DNA of 32,000 nucleotides from Hyperthermus butylicus DSM 5456 (GTDB lineage Archaea; Thermoproteota; Thermoprotei_A; Sulfolobales; Pyrodictiaceae): the NCBI RefSeq assembly GCF_000015145.1, contig NC_008818.1:180001-212000 (forward strand), read 5' to 3'. Below, piece by piece: positions 1 to 9,293 of the stretch. Made by a program: the position numbers and the translations under genes. The stretch's first letter is position 1, and every line of letters begins with the position of its first letter. The notes beneath the pieces were generated by a model. It was not told where the DNA came from. It worked only from the letters and a program-made list of their open reading frames with translations, and made no database searches.

Positions 1-736
1 CGTAGGGTTCGAGGAGGGCGATGCTGGTAACCACTGCGGTGGGATAGAAGGCTAGCGCGTAGTTGAGCATTGTGTGGCCGAGAAGCATGGGGACAAGGCC
101 TAGGGCTATAAGGTATGGTATACTCCCGCGGGGCGGGCTCCAAGCCTTAACCCCTGCTGCAGCAGCATATACAGCGACGGCCAGGAAGGCAGCAGTATAG
201 ACAACAGCTGTGTACTCGAGTGTAGAGACGCCACGTACACGCAGCCTCCTACCAAGCAGGAAGTAGGCAGTAGCAGCTACGGCAGCGGAGAATGCCATCA
301 AGGCCCCCAGCATGGTAGCTCCAGCCCAGGGGGTAGATAGGATAGCCACGCCCGAGAAACCCAGAACAACACCTAGAACCATGCGTGGAGTAGCACTACG
401 CTCAACCAGAGCCTCATAGGCAGCAGCGATCACCGGGTACGATACAACAATACCTGTCGAAGAAGCAACACTGGCATGGCGCAAACTCTCAAGCCACAGG
501 GCTAGGTGGGCAGCGAGCAGAACCCCCGCTGGGAGACTACGAACGGCAACAGAGCTGCGAGGCAAACGCCCAACAATAGCAGACGCGGCAAGTGTGACAA
601 GGCTTCCAACGAGGAGCCTCCACCAAGCAGCGGTAACACCGTCAACTCCAGCAAGTCGTGCCAAGGGGGCAGCAGTAGAGATACCAAACAATGCCACCAG
701 CAGAGCAGCCCACGGCGCCAGCAAAACCCAGCCCAA
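1..736 (-). CDS. EamA/DMT-family transporter, 3'-truncated by window edge, probable TTG start
   Basis: Hand translation of the minus strand gives LGWVLLAPWAALLVALFGISTAAPLARLAGVDGVTAAWWRLLVGSL...LGHTMLNYALAFYPTAVVTSIALLEPY. It has many TM segments and the EamA C-terminal pattern (GHT..NYAL......VVTSIALLEP). The ORF track misses it because of the non-ATG start and the window edge. Confidence 0.75.
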   Translation of the reverse strand, partial: MGWVLLAPWAALLVALFGISTAAPLARLAGVDGVTAAWWRLLVGSLVTLAASAIVGRLPRSSVAVRSLPAGVLLAAHLALWLESLRHASVASSTGIVVSYPVIAAAYEALVERSATPRMVLGVVLGFSGVAILSTPWAGATMLGALMAFSAAVAATAYFLLGRRLRVRGVSTLEYTAVVYTAAFLAVAVYAAAAGVKAWSPPRGSIPYLIALGLVPMLLGHTMLNYALAFYPTAVVTSIALLEPY

Positions 737-797
737 ACCCGCCTAGAAGGAATCACACAGCATTATTAGGGTATTAGCCATATACCGCATCTCCTGG

Positions 798-1049
798 ATG
801 GCTATGGAGGCTCTAAGAGGTGTTGGCGGAGCATATGGTATCAACAGTGTTGCTGAGGCATCCAAGGCTATTATAGAGAGGCGAGGCTGAATAGAGGGAA
901 GGAAACTGGCAATCGACGAGATAGTACTCCTACTCCCTGACCTGGCTCGCAGCAAGATATGGAGCCTAGGAGAGGAGTTGTGGAGGGTCAATCCGGGGAA
1001 TAGGGGATGTGAGAAGACGGGCTGCCCCAGGGATAGAGGGACGGCCTAG
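798..1049 (+). pseudogene. Possible small gene interrupted by an in-frame TGA (888-890)
   Basis: Frame 0 reads MAMEALRGVGGAYGINSVAEASKAIIERRG*IEGRKLAIDEIVLLLPDLARSKIWSLGEELWRVNPGNRGCEKTGCPRDRGTA*. Both halves have protein-like composition. No family recognised. Confidence 0.25.
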
Positions 1050-1064
1050 GGAGCGGAGCCGGCC

Positions 1065-1298
1065 ATGAACACTACCAGTCTCCTAAGCCGTGGCGCTAGC
1101 CGTCTAAGGCTTGCAGTGCTCATCCAGTTAGCGGGGTATACGGGGCTAGTACTCGCCATCAACCTCTACAATATGCATGTTGAGGACCTGGCGAAGAAGG
1201 GCATAATTCTGATCACGGGCCAAGGCGTAGGATGGGTCTTCGCCTTCGAAACCATATCGTTCATCATCGGGCTAGCCTCATACTTTGCTAGTCCTTGA
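1065..1298 (+). CDS. Small membrane protein, possibly the N-terminal part of a DUF973-like protein
   Basis: 77-aa ORF with two hydrophobic segments; overlaps the next ORF in another frame. Confidence 0.45.
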   Translation: MNTTSLLSRGASRLRLAVLIQLAGYTGLVLAINLYNMHVEDLAKKGIILITGQGVGWVFAFETISFIIGLASYFASP

Positions 1299-1701
1299 CG
1301 GGTTCCGCGACCTTGAAGCATACAGGCCGGGAGTCTTCAGGGTGGGGATAGCAGCTGCATACACGCTACTCGCCTCGCTAGCAGTGACAGTCACGGGCCT
1401 AGCAGTCCTCTGGCTCTCCGAGGCCACGGGAGTGGCGGGATTTGAACATATTGGATGTTGGATAACAGCCTTCACACACATAGGCCAGCCAGCGGGAACA
1501 GCCCTAATGTATGCTGGGCTATGGAGACTTGGCAGTATAGTCCAGGTAGACGCTCTGAAGGCGGCAGCAGTGGCATGGATAACCGGTGTGACACTCACAC
1601 TGCTAGACGTGGTTACCGTTGGAGCATTCCTGCTGGCAGCGGCCTACCTGCTCGCCGTGCTAGGCCTAACAATAGCGTCAAAGAGCGCCAGCATAGGCTA
1701 G
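1285..1701 (+). CDS. Multi-TM membrane protein, possibly the C-terminal part of a DUF973-like protein
   Basis: 138-aa ORF with TTG start: DGFRDLEAYRPGVFRVGIAAAYTLLASLAVTVTGLAVLWL...; several TM helices. Confidence 0.5.
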   Translation: MLVLDGFRDLEAYRPGVFRVGIAAAYTLLASLAVTVTGLAVLWLSEATGVAGFEHIGCWITAFTHIGQPAGTALMYAGLWRLGSIVQVDALKAAAVAWITGVTLTLLDVVTVGAFLLAAAYLLAVLGLTIASKSASIG

Positions 1702-1741
1702 TACACGGGCCCATCCAAGACCATCAGGTGAGGGGAATGAA

Positions 1742-1975
1742 ATGCTCCAGGAGGATGAGGCTGTCGATGATGTGGTCTGGGAGAGTATCCAGGGGCGGGC
1801 CCTGGAACAGTACCGGGGCAACTACGTGGTTATCGCTGGCGGTGAGGTGCAAGGGGTCTATGACACCCTTGAGGAGGTAGTGCAGCGTACATGTGAGCCG
1901 TGGACGATAGGACGCAGCTGCATCTTGTTGGTAGGGCTCGGCATGGACAACACCAGCTGTGGTGAGGGAGAGTAG
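1742..1975 (+). CDS. Small conserved-type protein, resembles DUF5678-like archaeal proteins (W..L..Y.G.YVVI..GEV.GVYDTLEE)
   Basis: 77 aa: WESIQGRALEQYRGNYVVIAGGEVQGVYDTLEEVVQRTCEPWTIGRSCILLVGLG. Family assignment is from memory of the motif pattern. Confidence 0.5.
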   Translation: MLQEDEAVDDVVWESIQGRALEQYRGNYVVIAGGEVQGVYDTLEEVVQRTCEPWTIGRSCILLVGLGMDNTSCGEGE

Positions 1976-2048
1976 CTCGGGGAAGCATGGAGAGGACAGC
2001 GTATAGTAGTGCTGGGCCTGCGTTAGTAGCGTCCGCGAGTCCTATCCC

Positions 2049-2396
2049 GTGCTACGGCTTCGGCTCTACAGTGTGGCCCTCAGGGAGTACGGGGTTGTAG
2101 TGTTCCAGGTTGGCGCTGGCTATGAGGGCCAGTTAATGCTGCCCCGTGGCAACCACTGGTTCCTCATGGTGGGGGAGCTGCCTCGGAGCCCGTGGCGCGC
2201 ATATGGCAGCCCAGCCAGCATGGCAGCTGTGAAGGTTGCACACGCAGTAGTCGAGGTTGCTGGTAGGCGGCTGGAGACGTATGTAGAATCGCCGCTCCAT
2301 TGTGGGGGCATGCGCCTGGCTGGCAGGGAGCTGCTCAACATGCTCAAATTGCTCCTCGACGGGCCGGCCGGGAGGACATGCATACAGCTCGGCTAG
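2049..2396 (+). CDS. Hypothetical protein
   Basis: 115-aa ORF, GTG start, protein-like composition, follows same-strand genes. Confidence 0.4.
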   Translation: MLRLRLYSVALREYGVVVFQVGAGYEGQLMLPRGNHWFLMVGELPRSPWRAYGSPASMAAVKVAHAVVEVAGRRLETYVESPLHCGGMRLAGRELLNMLKLLLDGPAGRTCIQLG

Positions 2397-2832
2397 ATGC
2401 TGGCCAGCGCATCCACGGGTGGACTGGTGCATCAACTCGTGTACGCCCACGTATACTCTAGCCAGGCGCTAAAAGGTTAGAGGAGGATAGTACACGGCTG
2501 TCCCGCTAGGGGAGCTAGCCCGGAGAGACCGGCCACGCATGGCTACGCGGCGAGAGGTATCATCCACGGCCACGGCTAACAGGTACGCATAGCTGCTTAT
2601 CTCGGCTTGCAGCCGTGGAACCTGTTCGCGGAGCCTGATACGCAGCTCCTGGTGCAGCCTAGCTAGCCCCCCAGGGCCAGCGGGCGATAGCCGCGCCACG
2701 CGGGGTAACACTCATTGTGATGGTTTACCTGTCAGCTTCGAGGCAATGGTAGTAACACAGCGGTTAATATGGTGAGTGGGGTGCAAGCTGTAGGATTTAT
2801 GAAATAGTTTGTGTACAAGCTAAAATTTTGGG

Positions 2833-3714
2833 TTAGGCTTTTTCTAGGGCCTCCTTGACCAGGCGTGGTATCTCGCTGAGGGAGCGGGCGACCCTGGCTC
2901 CCGCCTTCTCCAGCGCCCGGACCTTGTCCTCGTAGCGGCCGGTACCCATCATGATTATTGCTCCGGCGTGGCCCATCCTCTTGCCCGGTGGGGCGGTGCG
3001 CCCAGCTATGAAGGCTACTACGGGTTTTGTGAAGCGGCCTTCCTCTATCATTCTCGCCGCTCTCTCCTCCATATCGCCGCCTATCTCGCCGATCAGCACC
3101 AGTACCTTGGTCTCGGGGTCCCGCTCGAATAGCTCCATCGCCTCTGTGAAGGACAAGCCGACGATGGGGTCGCCGCCTATGCCGACTACTGTGCTCTGGC
3201 CTATGCCGCTCCTAGTCAGCGCGTAGGCTATCTCGTAGGTGAGCGTGCCGCTTCGGGACACGATGCCTACGGGGCCTGGCGTAAAGACCCTGCCCGGCAT
3301 TATACCTATCTTGGTCTTGCCGGGGGAGATTATGCCTGGGCAGTTGGGGCCTATGATAACCGTGCCCCTCTGCCTGGCGTAGTTTACAAACCTCATGGTC
3401 TCGTGGACGGGTATATGCTCGGTAATCACCACCACGAGCTTCAACCCGGCGTCGATGGCCTCGTATACTGCGTCGGGTGCGAAGCGTGCCGGTACAAACA
3501 CTATGCTGGCATTAGCGTCCGGGTGCTCCTCCAGCGCTTCCTCGACGGTATCGTATACGGGTACCCCGTGAACCTCCATGCCGCCCTTACCGGGGGTTAC
3601 ACCCGCGACTATCTTAGTGCCATACTCTAGCATCAGCTTTGTGTGGAAGCTGCCCTCGCGCCCAGTTATACCCTGCACGATAACCCTAGTGTTCTCATCC
3701 GCGAGTATCGCCAC
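2833..3714 (-). CDS. sucD: Succinyl-CoA ligase (ADP/GDP-forming) alpha subunit
   Basis: 293 aa: [50 protein letters not shown], and active-site His region [19 protein letters not shown]. Confidence 0.96.
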   Translation of the reverse strand: MAILADENTRVIVQGITGREGSFHTKLMLEYGTKIVAGVTPGKGGMEVHGVPVYDTVEEALEEHPDANASIVFVPARFAPDAVYEAIDAGLKLVVVITEHIPVHETMRFVNYARQRGTVIIGPNCPGIISPGKTKIGIMPGRVFTPGPVGIVSRSGTLTYEIAYALTRSGIGQSTVVGIGGDPIVGLSFTEAMELFERDPETKVLVLIGEIGGDMEERAARMIEEGRFTKPVVAFIAGRTAPPGKRMGHAGAIIMMGTGRYEDKVRALEKAGARVARSLSEIPRLVKEALEKA

Positions 3715-3749
3715 GACAACCCACCCCCCAGGTTGTGGTTCACGTACAC

Positions 3750-4883
3750 CTAGAGGGATATGATGCGCTTGACAGCCTCGAATGGGTCGTCAAAAGCTTC
3801 TATACCGTGTTCCCTGAGTATTCGGCGGCCCTCCTCCTCGTTGGTGCCCGTTAGCCTTATCACAATGGGCTTCCTCAGTCCTCCAGCCTCCTTGATAGCT
3901 TCGACAACGCCCCTAGCAACCTCGTCGCAGCGGGTTATTCCGCCGAAGATGTTTATGAATATCTTTCTTGCCTTGGGGTACTCGAAGAGGAACAACACAG
4001 CCCTCTTCACGGCCTCGGCGCTTGCGCCACCGCCTATGTCGAGGAAGTTTGCCGGTCTGCCACCATGCTCGTATACGAGGTCCATGGTTGCCATTGTTAG
4101 GCCTGCACCGTTCCCTATGATTCCTATGTCGCCGTCAAGCTCTACAAAGGCTAGGCCCTGCCTCCTAGCCTTTATCTCCCACTCGCTATACTCGCCGGTC
4201 TCTTCGATGTCCTTGGCTAGCTCCTGGTGCCTGTAGAGCGCATTATCGTCGACAATTATCCTTGCGTCGAGAGGGATCACCTTGTCGCCGACGAGGCCCA
4301 GCGGGTTAGACTCCACGAGTTCCGCGTCATAATCCACGAATACCTGGTACATTGCCTGCAGGAAGGCTGCAAAGCTCGTCAGTGCCCTGCCACTGAGGCC
4401 TATAGCCTTGCCCAGCTTTCTAGCGTGGTAGCCCCGCAGGCCTAGCACGGGGTCAACGTGCATTCTTATGATGCTCTCCGGTTTCTCCCGCGCAATCTCC
4501 TCAATATCCATGCCGCCGTACCTGGATACCAGGACTACAGGCCTCCTCTTGCTACGATCAAGCGTGATAGCAGTGTAGAGCTCCGCCTCATGCTCAACAG
4601 CCTTCTCAACCAGTATGTAGCGTGGCTTAAGCCCCTTGATAGGGGTCTCAAACAGCTCCCCAACCAGCCTAACAGCCTCATCGATGGAATTGGCCCTCCT
4701 TATGCCGCCAGCCTTGCCGCGGCCAGCTACGAGAACCTGGCTCTTAACCATGAGAGGCGGCTCCAGCCCCGCCTCGAGGATCTTCTCCCGGGCATCCTCG
4801 CCCCGGGCAATAACGACGCCTGGCGGTACATCGGCACCATACTTCCTCAAAATCTCCTTTGCCTCGAACTCGAATAGCTTCAA
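3750..4883 (-). CDS. sucC: Succinyl-CoA ligase beta subunit (ATP-grasp)
   Basis: Protein [24 protein letters not shown]...[21 protein letters not shown]...[14 protein letters not shown]...FLDIGGGA...[17 protein letters not shown]. The ORF extends to 4904, but homology-like sequence begins at the TTG at 4883. Confidence 0.95.
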   Translation of the reverse strand: MKLFEFEAKEILRKYGADVPPGVVIARGEDAREKILEAGLEPPLMVKSQVLVAGRGKAGGIRRANSIDEAVRLVGELFETPIKGLKPRYILVEKAVEHEAELYTAITLDRSKRRPVVLVSRYGGMDIEEIAREKPESIIRMHVDPVLGLRGYHARKLGKAIGLSGRALTSFAAFLQAMYQVFVDYDAELVESNPLGLVGDKVIPLDARIIVDDNALYRHQELAKDIEETGEYSEWEIKARRQGLAFVELDGDIGIIGNGAGLTMATMDLVYEHGGRPANFLDIGGGASAEAVKRAVLFLFEYPKARKIFINIFGGITRCDEVARGVVEAIKEAGGLRKPIVIRLTGTNEEEGRRILREHGIEAFDDPFEAVKRIISL

Positions 4884-5582
4884 GGCCCAGCCAACACCCC
4901 ACACTACCCAAGAGAAGGCTATGGTCGCTTTTGGATCCTCAGCACCGTTATGTCCTAGTCCAGGTTCGCTGGTATTTATGGAGATTTATGGTTTAGGAGT
5001 AGCGTGGAGCAGGCAGTATCGCCGGGCGGGATAGGAGCTAGCTATCTAGAGCCCACAGCAAGTCCGGGCGCTCAAACAGGTAACACCGACGGGGGGACAG
5101 GGCGCAACGAGTAGAACCCGCTCCACACCAGCCAAGCCGGCATATCGGCGTGATGGCGGGCGATGGCTCGGCATGCAAACGGCCCGGCTGGTAGGTCGGT
5201 GGCGTAATCCCAGGCCGTGCCCACGAGGCGGAGGGTTACGTGGCGGCTCGGTGAAGTTAACTGCCGGTTAACTTTCCGCCCAGTAGAGTTAACCCCCTCC
5301 ACGGACAAGCCGACCCGCAGCCCAGCCAACCCCATCGCGATGGCAGCCGCAGCCCTGCAGGCAGCATATACAGTGCCCTCGCACCTATGCATGCAGACAG
5401 GCTTTACCGGCACGGGTACGCGAATAGCTAGGCTGCGCCGCCCAGAGCCCCAGCCCCACAGATCCTGCCCCTCTGCCCTTGTGGGGGCGGCCGGGAGTTC
5501 AAGATGATTCGTTGTGGTTAGAAGCTAGTAGCTAACAGGGACCCGGTAGACATCACACCATGCAATGTAGCGTTGACGGGTT

Positions 5583-5996
5583 CTAGCTGCCTTGCTCTAT
5601 CCTTAACGGTATAAACCATATGCGGTCTATTCCCTGTATCTTCCGTAGAGCCTTCACTAGGGCTTGTATCTCGTTCCATGTAGACTCGACTACAGCTATG
5701 TTAAGGCACCAGCTCCCCTCAAGTAGCTGGTGATAGAATGATTTAATGATTGTTTGAAAGGAGTGTATAGTGTTTATCACTTTCTGGTCTACCGATGGTT
5801 TAATCTCGTGGTTTGTTAGTATCACTACTATGGCGTAGATTTTCCCGGTAAATGTTTCCTGGGGGAATCTCTGGGATAGGTACTCCCTCAGCGCCTCCCT
5901 TATAAGCTCGGACCTACTGGTATAACCGTACTTCTCAATGTACTCATCTACCTTATCCAGTAGGTTATTCGGCAACGAGATACTTATTACAGCCAT
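5583..5996 (-). CDS. NikR/CopG-type ribbon-helix-helix metal-responsive regulator
   Basis: 137 aa: RHH N-terminus (ISISLPNNLLDKVDEYIEKYGYTSRSELIREALREYL) followed by an ACT-like C-domain with His/Cys positions (INTIHSF, FYHQLLEGSWCLNI). Confidence 0.85.
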   Translation of the reverse strand: MAVISISLPNNLLDKVDEYIEKYGYTSRSELIREALREYLSQRFPQETFTGKIYAIVVILTNHEIKPSVDQKVINTIHSFQTIIKSFYHQLLEGSWCLNIAVVESTWNEIQALVKALRKIQGIDRIWFIPLRIEQGS

Positions 5997-6045
5997 TATC
6001 CAGCCTCGCCTCTGCGCCTAGGTCATATAGTAGCATTGATGTTGC

Positions 6046-6058
6046 GGGTTAATAACCC
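6046..6058. promoter_or_regulatory. Perfect inverted repeat GGGTTA-A-TAACCC in divergent promoter region
   Basis: Read directly; lies between the NikR-like gene (5996) and the P-type ATPase gene (6124). Confidence 0.5.
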
Positions 6059-6082
6059 TTATATAATAGCTCTAGCTCGCCT

Positions 6083-6100
6083 TAATAAGAGGACTTATTA
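6083..6100. promoter_or_regulatory. Perfect inverted repeat TAATAAG-AGGA-CTTATTA abutting a TATATAAG box
   Basis: Read directly; 24 bp upstream of the TTG start of the ATPase at 6124. Confidence 0.5.
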
Positions 6101-6123
6101 TATAAGCCTGGCTGTCGTTATGT

Positions 6124-7717
6124 TTGGTGAAGACGGTGGCAAAGCATGGTGTTGACGAGCAGCATGTGCATGATGCTGACGAGGTACCATTGTTCTGGAT
6201 AGTTGTTGGTGTTGTAAGTATAGCTATGTTAGTTGCATCCGCTGCTGGCTTACACTACCATATCATGGACTATGCGCTGCTATTGCTGTCCTTGGCTATA
6301 CTGTCTAGGATGGCTAAGGTGTTGATAAGTAAACGTCGAATTACAGTAGATGTTCCAGTTGACGGTGTAATAGTTGATGGTGGATCAGTATTCGATACCT
6401 CCTATGTAACTGGTGAACCAGAACCAGTACCCCTAGGTAAGGGCGACTACGTTGTAAGCGGCTACATCAATAAGGCTAGGCTCGTAAGGATAAGGGCTCT
6501 AAAGAGGCCTAGTGAATCGCTTCTCCAGCTGCTCATAGTTGAAGCAGAGAAAGCGTTGGAGAGAAAAGCATCACTACAAAGATTTATTGAGAGGTTCTCA
6601 CAGCCATATACGCTTCTAGTGCTCGGGATATTTGGTTTAGCTCTCCTAGCACTATCTCCCTACAGAGCACTAGCTATACTGCTCGCAGGGTGTCCCAGTG
6701 CGTTCATAATCTCGTCTAGTACAGCAACAGCTCTCTCAATAGCACTTCTCGCCAGGAAATCAACAGTGGTTAGGGGTGGTAGAGCCTTAGAAGAGCTAAG
6801 TAGGGTTAAAGTAATGGTATTTGATAAGACTGGCACAATAACGCTAGGCGAAATGAGGATTACCAGGGTAGAGTCATTCAACGGTTTTAGTAGAGATGAG
6901 GTGCTGCTCTATGCTGGGGGTGCAGCGAAGGCAAGTGACCACCCGGTAGCAAGGGTTCTAGCAAAGCACAGGCTTACACCATTGAGTGCTGAAGAGTATC
7001 CTGGGAAGGGCGTAAAAGCAGTAGTGGATGGCGCACACGTATACTTGGGCTCGAGGAAGTTCTTAGAGGAACAAGGTGTTGATGTAAGCGCCTTGGATCA
7101 AAGTGTTTGCGGTGATGGGGAGAGGGAGGTATATGTAGCAGTAGACGGTGCTCTTGCTGGAATAGTGTGCATGGAGGAGGAGGTTTCCGAGAAAGTCAGG
7201 AGGGTATTAGACGCAATTAGGAGGGATGGGTTGAAGGTAGTTATAGCTAGTGGTGATAGAGTTGATAGAGTCAAGAGGATAGCCGAGTACCTAGGAGTAA
7301 ACGAGTACTTCGGCGAGCTGAGCCCAGGTGATAAGAGGAGGCTAGTTATAGATCTACGAGACAGGTATGGTAAGGTAGCCTTCGTAGGTGATGGTATTAA
7401 TGATGTTGAAGCGTTAGCGGAAGCAGATGTAGGAATAGCTGTTGGGAGCCTATGTATAGTCTCAAACATAGGCGACGTAGTACTGCCTAGGGGTACTGCC
7501 TAGGGGTATAGACACTATACCCCTACTCATAAAGCATGCTAGGAAATATATGAAGTCGATATACTTGTCAATAGCGTTGGCTGTAACGATCAAGCTTCTA
7601 GCTATAGCGCTAGGTATAATGGGTTCGATCCCGCTATGGGTTATAGTAGGAATAGGGGATGACGGTGCTACACTAGTAGCGCTAGGTGTTATAGCCGCTC
7701 TCCTCTCAAGGCAGTAA
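6124..7717 (+). pseudogene. Heavy-metal-type P-type ATPase, frame-disrupted near its C-terminus (two ORF segments 6124-7503 and continuation to TAA at 7715-7717)
   Basis: A-domain fragment TSYVTGEPEPVP, TM motif GCPSAF, DKTGTIT, SDHPVA, GDGINDVEALAEADVGIAVG. After TAG 7501-7503, frame 2 continues GIDTIPLLIKHARKYMKSIYLSIALAVTIKLLAIALGIMGSIPLWVIVGIGDDGATLVALGVIAALLSRQ*, which is the expected C-terminal TM pair. Confidence 0.85.
7481..7506 (+). repeat. Exact 13-bp tandem duplication TACTGCCTAGGGG x2
   Basis: Positions 7481-7493 and 7494-7506 are identical. 13 is not a multiple of 3, so it creates the frameshift. Confidence 0.95.
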
Positions 7718-7787
7718 CAGACTCCTCACACGTTCTTTACACTGGAGGCTTAGGGGACTTACACTACTAGAGTATCGTAGTACTGTG

Positions 7788-9041
7788 CTAGTGCTGCCTC
7801 CTGGCGAGCTCGTCCCGATACTTCTGGGCGATCTCCTCGAGCTTCGAGAGGCTGCCCTCGAGGGCGGCTTCATGGGCGTATAGGATTAGTGGCCTTAGAA
7901 GCTTCTTGGTGAGGCTGTAGGCGAAGCTGCGTGCTACGAGTAGTGCGGCACCGTCAACGCCTAAGCCGCGGAGCCTTGAGACAAGCTCCTCGACCTCCTC
8001 CTCCATAACGCGGTTTGCGTACCTCATGATCTCCGCTATGGCCTCGTCGGCGCCCCTCTTTAGCCAGAGCTTGCGGAGAAGCGCCACCTGCTCCTCCACA
8101 ATAGCTTCCGCCTTTGGCACCTCGCGTATCCTCACGGCGAGAACCTCTTTGATAACCTTCTCGACGTCACGGAGCCCTGCGTAGTAGACGTTACTGGGTA
8201 TGGGCTGCTCCACGGCTGGCGGGTTGGAGATGTCCACCACTACCAGGTGCCGGCCAACATCCTCAAGCATGCTCCTCTTGATAACGGGCTCGTTGACGGT
8301 TACAGCTACCAGGACCACGTCAGCAGCCGCTAGGAGCTTGGGAAGCATGTCGAGCCCGTAAGCCTCTCCCCTAACCTTGCCTGCTAGCTCCCTAGCCCTG
8401 TCCACGCTGCGGTTGACGATGCTGATCCTTGCGGTGGGCGCCTCCTCCCGGACAAGGCTGGCCATTATTGAGCCTGCCTCGCCGGCTCCCACTACGACGA
8501 CGTGCTTGCCATCGAAGCCTCCGGCAGCCTCCCTAGCCAGCTTCACGGCCGCGCCAGGCGCGCCCACGTTGCCGTAGGATATCCTGGTGCGGCTACGCAC
8601 CAGCTTGCCGGTGCGGACAGCCTGGCTGAAAAGGAGCCCTAGGTACTTGCCCGCAACCCCCCTCCTGCGGGCCTCCTCGTAGGCCCTAGCAACCTGGCCG
8701 AGGATCTCGTTTTCGCCTATAATAGCTGATTCCAGGCCGGCAGCGACGCGGAAAAGGTGCCGCACAACATCCATCCCGTGGAGTATACGGGCATACCGGG
8801 AGGCTTCGCCGAGGAAGCCTATCACGGTCTCCACGAAGCCCCGGCGAGGGAGAGCATAGACCTCAAACCGGTTGCACGTCGCTAGCACAACGGCCTCGTC
8901 GACGACGCCCCGAAGGATCTGGTAGGCCTCCCCAACCCTAGACTCGAAAGAGCCCACAACATCTAGCGGAGCATCACGATGTGTCAGTATGACTGCTGTG
9001 AGCTCCTCGAGGAGCCGCGGCATCCCCCTACAGCCCCTCAT
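7788..9041 (-). CDS. hemA: Glutamyl-tRNA reductase
   Basis: 417 aa: VVLATCNRFEVYA, SAIIGENEILGQVARAYEEAR, LFSQAVRTGKLVRSRT, VVVGAGEAGSIMASLV. Start may be the internal Met (MPRLLEELTAV) at 9023. Confidence 0.95.
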   Translation of the reverse strand: MRGCRGMPRLLEELTAVILTHRDAPLDVVGSFESRVGEAYQILRGVVDEAVVLATCNRFEVYALPRRGFVETVIGFLGEASRYARILHGMDVVRHLFRVAAGLESAIIGENEILGQVARAYEEARRRGVAGKYLGLLFSQAVRTGKLVRSRTRISYGNVGAPGAAVKLAREAAGGFDGKHVVVVGAGEAGSIMASLVREEAPTARISIVNRSVDRARELAGKVRGEAYGLDMLPKLLAAADVVLVAVTVNEPVIKRSMLEDVGRHLVVVDISNPPAVEQPIPSNVYYAGLRDVEKVIKEVLAVRIREVPKAEAIVEEQVALLRKLWLKRGADEAIAEIMRYANRVMEEEVEELVSRLRGLGVDGAALLVARSFAYSLTKKLLRPLILYAHEAALEGSLSKLEEIAQKYRDELARRQH

Positions 9042-9110
9042 TCAGCTGGCGCAGGCCGCGTAGGCACCGTGTAATGGTGGTATTGTGCCCAGATTATAAC
9101 GGTACTACAT

Positions 9111-9120
9111 CTTTTAAATA
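9111..9120 (+). promoter_or_regulatory. Candidate TATA box (cttttaaata)
   Basis: AT-rich archaeal-type TATA element in the hemA/HTH divergent intergenic region; orientation uncertain. Confidence 0.35.
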
Positions 9121-9293
9121 TGCTGTCCCGCAAAAATTCGTTGGCCAGGCCCAGCAAATCCCCGGCAATGCTAGCCGTCAAGCAGTCCTCTACGCTCCTT
9201 GTCATACTTATCTTACAGGCTTCAACCAGGGGCCTCCCACGGGCACCTAGATATGTAGGTGGCGGATCTCCCTGTTCCCGGGGCTGTACGGAG

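Noticed and set aside
3760-4877. Plus-strand ORFs opposite sucC (3760..4236, 4227..4445, 4458..4877)
   Set aside because: Fully antisense to a clearly conserved enzyme; no domain-like motifs.
5072-5413. 113-aa minus ORF between sucC and the NikR-like gene
   Set aside because: No recognisable motif and uneven composition; possible but not supportable from sequence alone.
7621-7634. gggttcgatcccgc resembles a tRNA T-arm (GGTTCGA)
   Set aside because: It lies inside the continued reading frame of the P-type ATPase C-terminus, and no acceptor, D or anticodon stems fit around it.
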